Shown: piece after piece, positions 22,901-31,900 of the stretch | Layout: each line of letters starts with the position of its first letter | How positions within the stretch are numbered: position 1 is the first letter of the stretch | Assembly (NCBI GenBank): GCA_002633005.1 | Contig: NMRA01000477.1 | Span: forward strand, 45,249 to 109,248 | DNA length: 64,000 nucleotides | Direction of reading: 5' to 3' | DNA from: Phoronis australis | Taxonomy: Eukaryota > Animalia > Phoronida | Translations under genes and position numbers: made by a program | The notes under the pieces: generated by a model | Databases searched by the model: none | The model's input: the letters and a program-made list of their open reading frames with translations, nothing else | What the model was told of the DNA's origin: nothing

Positions 22901-25900
22901 GAACTACTTTTTCTCGCCGTTGTCACTTTAAATCAAAGTGTTCTATGTATACAATGCACAATATTGCTCAATGTCTCATCTACATTCAAGACATAGAAAA
23001 TACAAAGTATGAGTACCTCATAAATCACTTAAAAGGACACCGTATTTTTACTCTTAGCCGCAAAAATTGTCAACTTGAACCGGAGACGAAACGAATTTGA
23101 GACAACTTAACACGTGAACCTCCAGACACAGCCATGAAATTACGAGAAGCCCTAACTTGCTTTATTTCAGAACTTGAACTCCATCTCCTGACAGAAAAAA
23201 AACAAAACCAAACCAAACTCAGAAGTCATCCTAGCTGAGTAGTGTTCCCCTATTCTTCTAACAGTTGCAAAAATGAAAACTAAACAATACTTGTCACTGA
23301 AACACATAAATGTTCAAAAATGAAAGTCGTAATCTTCCTCCCCTGCTTCCTCTAACACACAACACACCATTAAGTACTAGCTGTAGTAATACTGGCCCAC
23401 AACTTGAACGACACTTGCTGCACAACATGGTTTTCCCTGTTGCCTACTGGTCTGCTATGACATGGCTTTCCCTGTTGCCTACTAGTCTGCTATGGTCACA
23501 AAAATGAGGGTGACACCCAAGAGGTGAGGTCTTCACTGCCGAATACTCACCCAGTACTTCCAATTTTGCCACCTCTGTTTCAACAACGCCCGTGACGCCC
23601 TCTGCATGACACAGGTAATGTCCATTATTCGCCCGTGTCACATTAATTATCACCAAATTATCTGGAATGCAACAAATGATAGTGTCAACAATTTCAAGCC
23701 CAAGGCTGCGTTCTACTATTAACCCTAAGGTTCACCTCCACTTAAAGGAATACTAAACCCTGTTTAAGCAACCAATCCTCATTCTGTTCCCGACTAATGT
23801 ACCTTTGACATCTCGCTTTAGTGACAAAAGCAGGATTCAACTAAAACACATACTCATTGCCTCATAGAATGGATACTGTGGTTCCTGGGGTGGATAATCA
23901 TTGCCTGCAGTTGTCGCGTGACTCGTCTAGAGCGTAGGTCGTGCTTGCTGTTTAAAAGACCTAGTAAGAACTTTTCAAAATTCGCTCCAAACTTTTGAGG
24001 GTTGACGAGGGTTTCAAAGAGCATTTTTTTGTCAAAGAGATGGATTGGAAAGTCGTAGTTAGTACCTGTCAATTGATTAAGACCAAGTACTACACTACTA
24101 CACCTACTTTACCAAACAGCAGGAAGTAGAACCACTAAGCCAGTTACATTTCACACAAACTAACAAGGTTATGAAACCAGTCCCCACATGTTCCTCACTT
24201 AGACAAGAATTGATTTCTGGGATTGAAAAGAAGCGAGATTTCGTGACTACTTGCAATTACACTTCTCGTACAGCATGAGCAGCCATCACAAACCAGCTTA
24301 CAGAGCTTCATATCTGTAAGTTCTTCCTAAATCCAGGAATTACCTCCAATCTTAATTGGGAACAAGTTGAAACGAGTTGTAAAATGACCAGGAAGTTATT
24401 TTGGGCAGAAGCCCGGTGACAAATCACTCTGGTAAAAATTCTCGCTAATACAAGCATTCATCTATTTCAAGTCCAATTCTTATTACATTGTTGCAAATGC
24501 TCAACATTTTGCTGAATGATCTTTGAGGAAAGCTATACTACACACACCTCACTCATATTGAAGTAAACATTTCACTCTAATGATAACTTGTATTCTTAAA
24601 TTCATCAGGAGTCCATAATACCCTAAAACCTGACCTATTTCAAACAAACGTGTTTTCCGTAACTGACCATTTTTTCATTTCGCAAAGGCTTCTAAACATT
24701 ATCTTGAATACCCACAATTCCGCTGAAGGTAACCATGGAATAGAAATTTAAAATCATAAAACATTTATTTGGTACTACTTCCGTTTTGTGACAAAAATCC
24801 CAAATTAAAATTTCATCCGTTTGCCACACTGAGTCCACAACTGATGAGATTTTAACATAGTCCATGCATGTCGAGTAAAATTCTTAAAGTTTGTGCAAAT
24901 CTTCAAATAATTTCCAAATAACACTACTGATATACTGTTGCTGTTTTTGGTACTACATAATTCACGACTTCAACGTTTATATTATTGAAAAGTTGTTGTT
25001 GCTGTAATCAATACCAAAATTTAATCAACCAATTTTTTTTGCTGACTTCACGAAGATTTAATAGTGTTAACTCCACAAATATGTTACTCTAGCCTCTTGG
25101 AAACATTCAGAGGATAAATTCACAGATGGTCATTTGGCACACGGTTTCAGCTACCACCACCAGGTGAAGCCAGCTGCTACCCCAGACATGGCTGCCAAAG
25201 TTTGTCTTTCTCGTCATGTCTTTCTCATCAGTAATGGATAGGACTGGCTGCCAATTATACAGACATTAGCCAGGCTCCTGCGGGCCGGCTCCCAGGCAAA
25301 TTTATGACACTTGGGACATAAGTGTTATTGCAGGTTTAATACAGGGGAAAAACAAATAGAAAAACAAAATTTAAAGACCATAAAGGGGTCACTGAATCTT
25401 GGCCAGACTGTGGTTGGACTATTGGGAAATGATCGGAACACAGCAATGCATCTTTAGGCGGCATTGTGAAAACCAGATGCGACAACTTGCTAAATGCAGG
25501 AGGCTTTTTAGGGCAAATTGGTTAATGGGCCAAAACGTGCATAACTTGAGTCACACACAATGCTAGGAAGTTATGGTTAACAAAGCGTTTTACAACTTGG
25601 CTTTGATCTGTGAAAAACACCCTGGGTTTGAGTGCTGAAGCTTGGCACACAATGCTAATGAAAACGCTGGATAAAAACAATTACATGCACAACAGTAGTG
25701 AAGGAAAAAAAGTTACATGAGAAATGACTGAATGTAAACAAGGGCTAATAAGTGAGAAGACAGAAAACTGACATAATGAGACACAAGACAAACATTGCTG
25801 CCATGTGTTTGCTTAACTCCCTTCTCAAAACAATAAATTAGGACCAGTGTAATAACAATGCGTACTTGGGTTATGATTCATGTGAAAATAAACAGTGTTT

Positions 25901-28900
25901 AGGAGAGGGATTTGGTTTAAGTGCCAAAGAAAACACTGTTTAACAAGAATTCAGCACGATTTCCTCTGGGAATGGACAATAAGAGGGTCTTGATTAAGCA
26001 AAAAAAACGTCAACATAAATAAACATCATTCTTCAAGAAACCAGTCAGATGTTTTATAGGCAAAAGCAATAGGACAATGAATTCTGATTTTAGCAATCGG
26101 CAACAGGTGTCAGGATAGTTCAGGAATGCCTAATCACTAATTGTCATAATACAGCTACATCCGTACAAATTCAGTTTTTAACATGACGGCATCCAGAAGC
26201 AGAACTAACGAGGCGTTCGGGAACGTTATTCTTTTTCAGGAATGCCTCGGGGCAAATACTTGACCTCAGGAAATCGCATCAGATTTTACTTTTATTTTGA
26301 TCCGGTTCACTTTGTAAATGGAGTTCACGTGAATCGTCCAGAAATAATCTTGGTTCACCCGGGCAGATGCAAAGACCATTAAAATTTAAAAATGGGTGGA
26401 AGCAAAAAGCCTGGCATCTGGTAATGCCGGTCTGATAGTCTCAACACTGCTAACTTGCACATCAATGTCAGAGTAATAGGCAGATGCATACTTAGAGAGC
26501 TCAATATACTGACAGCATACCGTAATTCTTCCATTAATTTGCACATTTTACATGGATTGTTAATTTTTTTTGAAAAACAATTCTTATTATTTATTTCCAA
26601 ACTCCAGAGAGTAACAGACATAATACAGCAACATTCAAATGTTGCTGTAAATACCCACAATGCTGTAAACCTCCATCAGGCACATTTGCTGCCTCGTTTT
26701 CGTGCCAAGAGTTTCACACGTTATTTGTTGTTGTCTGATTCTCTAAAAGTTTTTCTCAGTTGCATTACTCTGTTGGTCTTTCCAATCCCAATGAAGTACT
26801 ACAGCTGTGCCGTGGGCTGCAACTCCGATGTGAGAAAATTTGATAAACTGGATGTGAAATTCTTTGTCTTCCCGACACCAATAAGAGACACAAAAATGTG
26901 CCTGATTTCCAAAACGAGGCCACACGCTTTCTTATCTCTGGGTCAAAGGAGAGTTCAATCGTCATGTAATCCGGAAAAACCACATGAATATATATGCATC
27001 AAAAAACGAGGTCATGTTATAACAACAGTGAGGACAATGATTGCTGCAATTGCAGTTTTCATCTATCCTCAACTTGTCAGTTGGCAAGATTTTTAAGTAA
27101 ATGCATTTTACTGACAATGTAATAACCGAACAGTTCCGTCATAACCAAGTTAAAAAGTATGTATTTGATGGTTGTTATAACTGTACAAACCACACAACCC
27201 AATGCAAAGGTATCCAATGCCCTGCTTTCCCTTATTTGATTTTATCTCTCCACCTGGGAAAAGCTATTTCATATCTTTGGTAAAATCCCCAAATATCAGT
27301 GCTTTTAACAAGCCACAATCTTGGGAGACACACACCTTGCAAAAAAGTGTCACTCACCTAATTCTAAGCGTGCATTAGATGGCAGCTTGCCGCCATATTT
27401 GCTCCACGTGATCCTAGGAGTGGGGTGACCCCTGTAGACGCATGGTAGTGTGACATTGTGACCCAGGGGCACCACAATCCTTTGGCGGGGCTTTACCACT
27501 GCCCGGAGGGCAACATCTCCACTGGGTGCTGAAAGAAGGAATTGAAATATGGAGCTTGAATTAAAAATCAATACAGTTCTCTAGGAACACAGAAGGCACT
27601 TCAAAACAAGTTATGTCACATATGGAGCAACATCAGGATTCTGCAACTCAGTGCACGGAACTAACCTGTTTAGGGTGCTTGAAAATAAATTCATTGACAG
27701 TTATATCGGTGCTTGGAATGATTAATGGCAAAAAAGAAGAAAATTTTTTGGTGACGTAGTGTTCTTCAAATAAATAGGCTTATGTCATAGAAGTAGTTTT
27801 GCGTCTAAACTGCAAGAAACATTTTTTACAAAATTAGCTCGAAATAAAGATGAAAAAGAGACGAAAAAAGAGAAAACTGGAAATCAAATAATAGGAAATC
27901 AAAACAAAAAGGAGAAAATCCCCTTGAAAGAGGGTAATTCCAAGCCCTGTACCAATAGACTTTTTGGTCCACTATGCTATCAATTTTTTGGTAACGGTCA
28001 TAAGTGAACAACATAAAAAAACAACGTCGAAAATCAAACGAAAACTTCCCATCTCAAATGTGTTAAGTTAAGCAATACATGATGTCCGACTCCACTGTCA
28101 TCTATACTATAGTATTACTTCATGTTAGCTTGTTCCAAAATATTCAACATTATGACAATGCAGGCATGTGTGGAAAGCTATCAATAATTTGGCAAACATG
28201 TACAAAGACTAAGAAAACTGTTTGGCCAAGCAGAGATTCTTTAAGTCAAGACAGACGTATGCAGTTACTGGAGATCTGATGAGAAGACAGCGTTGCCAGC
28301 CTTGGGCAAATGTGCTGTGTTATCACTCTAGACAGGAATGCAAATGCTCAATGCTCGGCAAGGCAGAAAATAACTTGAAATGAGCAAACAAGCCACGCTC
28401 TTTCTTGAACTTGCAGATGACTAGCTCTTCTGAGAACACAAACACCCAATGAACTGGCCATACGGTTTTATCATTTGAACATAGCCGACCTAATCTGAGC
28501 TTGATAATAATAAAAGACACTGCCACAGCTAGGCACAGCCATCTTCAATCAACTGGAATCCAGCTGGGGTTTTTTACCAAAGGGATATTGTGAATTAAAG
28601 CAGCGTGGTGCCGCTTTGATAGAATACCAACAATTCTCTGCCTCCACTGTTTTTAATTAACTACACACATCTCAATCTCCCTTTGTGTACCCCTCTGATA
28701 CAAGTCACTTTTTGATCTCAAAATCAGTCGGGATGTTTTTTTGTTTGCGAGTCCTTCAACAATAACAGTTGTTGTCAGAGGCAGACAATGGAGTCATCCG
28801 TGGGTGTGTGACCACAAAGACGACCACGTGTCCTGGTACAATGAGCCCGTCTGTCACCGCATAGTTTCCCCGATTTCATAGGTCAACAGAGATGTTGCAG

Positions 28901-31900
28901 GAAACACAATCTTATCTAGATCTATTAGGCGAGGCAGAATTTGAAGATGAATGAAGGAATGTGACAACTGGAATAAATTGAGATGCGCGCATTGTGCAAA
29001 TCAAAGGAAAATGTATTAACTAGGGTAGATGCTAATCAAATGCAATGGCTCAACTGAAATGAATGTCAAGTTCGAACCAGAACCATTAGAATATGATTTG
29101 TGACTCGATCAAGGGCTGTATTTTACTGATGTTACCATTCCAATTCTGTCAAACGCACTCAGGGGTTCGCATTTCAACTGTAACATGATCTACCAAAATT
29201 ACCAACAATGAAACATTTTTGCTACAACAAAAGCACTCTGATGTCAAGCCTCCTCCTCATTAAGTATACATATATATATAGTATCTTGGTACAACAGTGA
29301 AGCATTCTAATCTGAAAGTTTCGGAACATACCAGCTAGTAAATAAGATGCAACCTTTCTAGTGGTGACAGCTGTACCAAAACCTCAACAACTGATGCATG
29401 TTCCAGGATTCCTCATTCTGATCTACGTAACTTTATGAGGCTAGCTCTACCGAGCTCAAAAATCAAGAGTCCTTTGCAAACAAAAGCTAACTTTTACAAT
29501 AACTGAGATACAGCCATTTTAACTGTTTTCGAAAACAATAACAACAGCAACAACAATGACCAATATACATGTAGACAGGGAAATTGTAAAGAACATCAGC
29601 AGACGAGCAGGAAACGTGCAGACAAGAATGAACCATGAGCAGACGTACGCGCAATGACTCACCGTGAACCCGGAGGCGAATGCGTGTCTTTGAGCTGCGC
29701 TTGTGGTGACTGACACTATTGATGGCGATGCACTTGTACTCGCCCTCATCCATCTTTGTCACGTTACCAATCTGAAGGCTGCCATCGTCCGACAGCTTGT
29801 GCCGCTCTATTGAAAAATGTCAAAATTAAAAAAACATTTTGAAGAGACGGCAATAACTGCAACGTCAAGGTTATGCAGGACCCTAGAAAACTGTCCAACT
29901 TTGGATAACTTCCGAACATCACATCTCAGAAATGACTGATGGGATTCATATAAAACTATCAGGTACTATGCTCTATGCACTGTTTGGCAAAAACTGCCAT
30001 GAATTGTTTTTTAAAATGTTCCCCTTTGGCAGGGGGGCTAACAAAAATATGACTTCCTTAATTTTAATGAAAAAAAATCAAAATTTATAGAAATCTACAA
30101 CAGTATTATTAAGATTTCGTCTTGAACATTTATGTCAAACAAAATTTGATCGTGAATGTACCTTTCTTTTTTTTAAAAAAACACATGGTCACTTGATTCA
30201 ATTCATGGCAGAGTGGTAAAAGTCACAAATATAATTCAATAGGCGGGCTATTTTCAGAAAATATTCATTTTTACAGAGTTACAATCTTTGGCTAAATAAC
30301 AGACTTCTTGATAAGGTCCAACATACCCTTAAACCGTTACATGCCACACTAAATCATCCAGGCCACAGACAATACAGTATTAATTTCAGAACAAAACTAC
30401 ATTACACACCACATCCCAATTTCAACTCTCTCTTTTAGCATAAGTAGAAAACACATTGCGCAGTGAACTCTCACCAATTTCTGATAAAATAATTGCCAAA
30501 ATTGGCAACTTCTTCATTTTCAAGGGCTTTTTAACAATGTTGCGATTGCCCAATTTTTTCAAAACCATTGTCTTACAGTAGCTTTGGTGCAGAACCTGAA
30601 CATCGTTTTTTATGTGGTGGTACATATTTTTTGGAAAAAAAATAGAATATAGTATTTCCCTTGTTTCAATTTGCCTTGTTGTGTCCTACACTGAGAGATT
30701 TTACTGAATGCACAATAGTCACGAGTATAGAAGCAGTGTACAACTGCAGGTACAACTGCCCTACTGATGCAGAGCATTGTGGGTAAATACCAGCGCGAAT
30801 CAGAGGGCGCCGTCTTCCAGAAAGTGGCTACTTTACTTTTAGTGCCAATAACTACATATTCAATTGTGCAAACGATGATTGAGCAAGGGGAATACAGGAG
30901 GAGAGGTGGGAAAGTTGTACTAATACTATTAGCCAGAGCTGGGCAAATTCGCTATCTTCTATTATGTAAGACCAATTTCTGCAAAACCTTTTATGTTGGC
31001 TAACACAATTAGGTGGGTAATATGAAGGCAGAGAGGGTGATTGGATGGGGCATAAATGGAGTTGCCATCAATTTACCAGCCTGTCAGGTAATCAGGCAGT
31101 GAATCAAAGGTTGCAACTCATTGGAATTCTGACATGAGACAGGAGTGAAAGAAATATTGACAAACCATTGATGTCTGTTTAGAACCAACTGCCTAGAGAT
31201 TCAGGTTGCATAAGAGGAGAGACCAGACTTATTGGGATACTCCAGGTATATATGCTAACATTCTTATTTCTGAGTAAAGATTCACACAAAATAGTCAAGA
31301 TTTTTCTGTGACAAAAGCACTTGCTGGAAATTTGCACGGTAAAGAAACTTTTAGTCTGAATACAGATACATAACAACAAGATCAGAAACTGTTGTTATGG
31401 CAACAGAGTAAAGCAAGCCAAAACCCGCAACCACTATTGAGAATGACCATAATTTTGCAAAAATATTCTTTAATAAAAACTATGGTTCAGAGCTTGAAAA
31501 TGCTTAAACACCACATTGGTGCAACTTTCAATTTATAGAAAATGGGAACACAAAACTTCACTAATATGCCATATTATGTTCTAAACTAGTGAAATTTTAA
31601 CCCATCACTGCCAGTTGATGCTAAAATGGGCAAGCAAAGCCAGCAGGCTTGACATTTGATTCAGTTTCCATGACAATACAGGCTCTGCATTTCTGCTGGA
31701 GCCAATTGAAACTGAAGGCAAAGGCGGGTCAAACCTTTGCCAGGGTTCAAATCAAAACCAACTGTACAAACAGGCAGTTGGAGACAGGCTGACAGGGACA
31801 CATGGGACTAGCAAATTAGCCATGCCTTTCAAAGGTGTGGTGAGTCAGACCTATTTTAAACCTGGGATAGTTAACTGAATGTGGACAGGCAAACAACCAC

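Larger units (their letters stand above)
18290..23501. repeat. ~2.5 kb near-identical direct duplication (18290-20759 vs 20992-23501) joined at N20991
   Basis: Colinear over exons and introns with scattered SNPs and small indels; second copy starts immediately after the N. Confidence 0.95.

Noticed and set aside
18290-23501. Dscam-style array of mutually exclusive exons
   Set aside because: Only two copies, nearly identical through the introns, joined at an N; this is not a diversified exon cluster.
26455-26790. N-terminal part of the 213-aa ORF as a real nested gene
   Set aside because: Non-ATG start and intron-like composition; only the THAP-like portion looks protein-derived.
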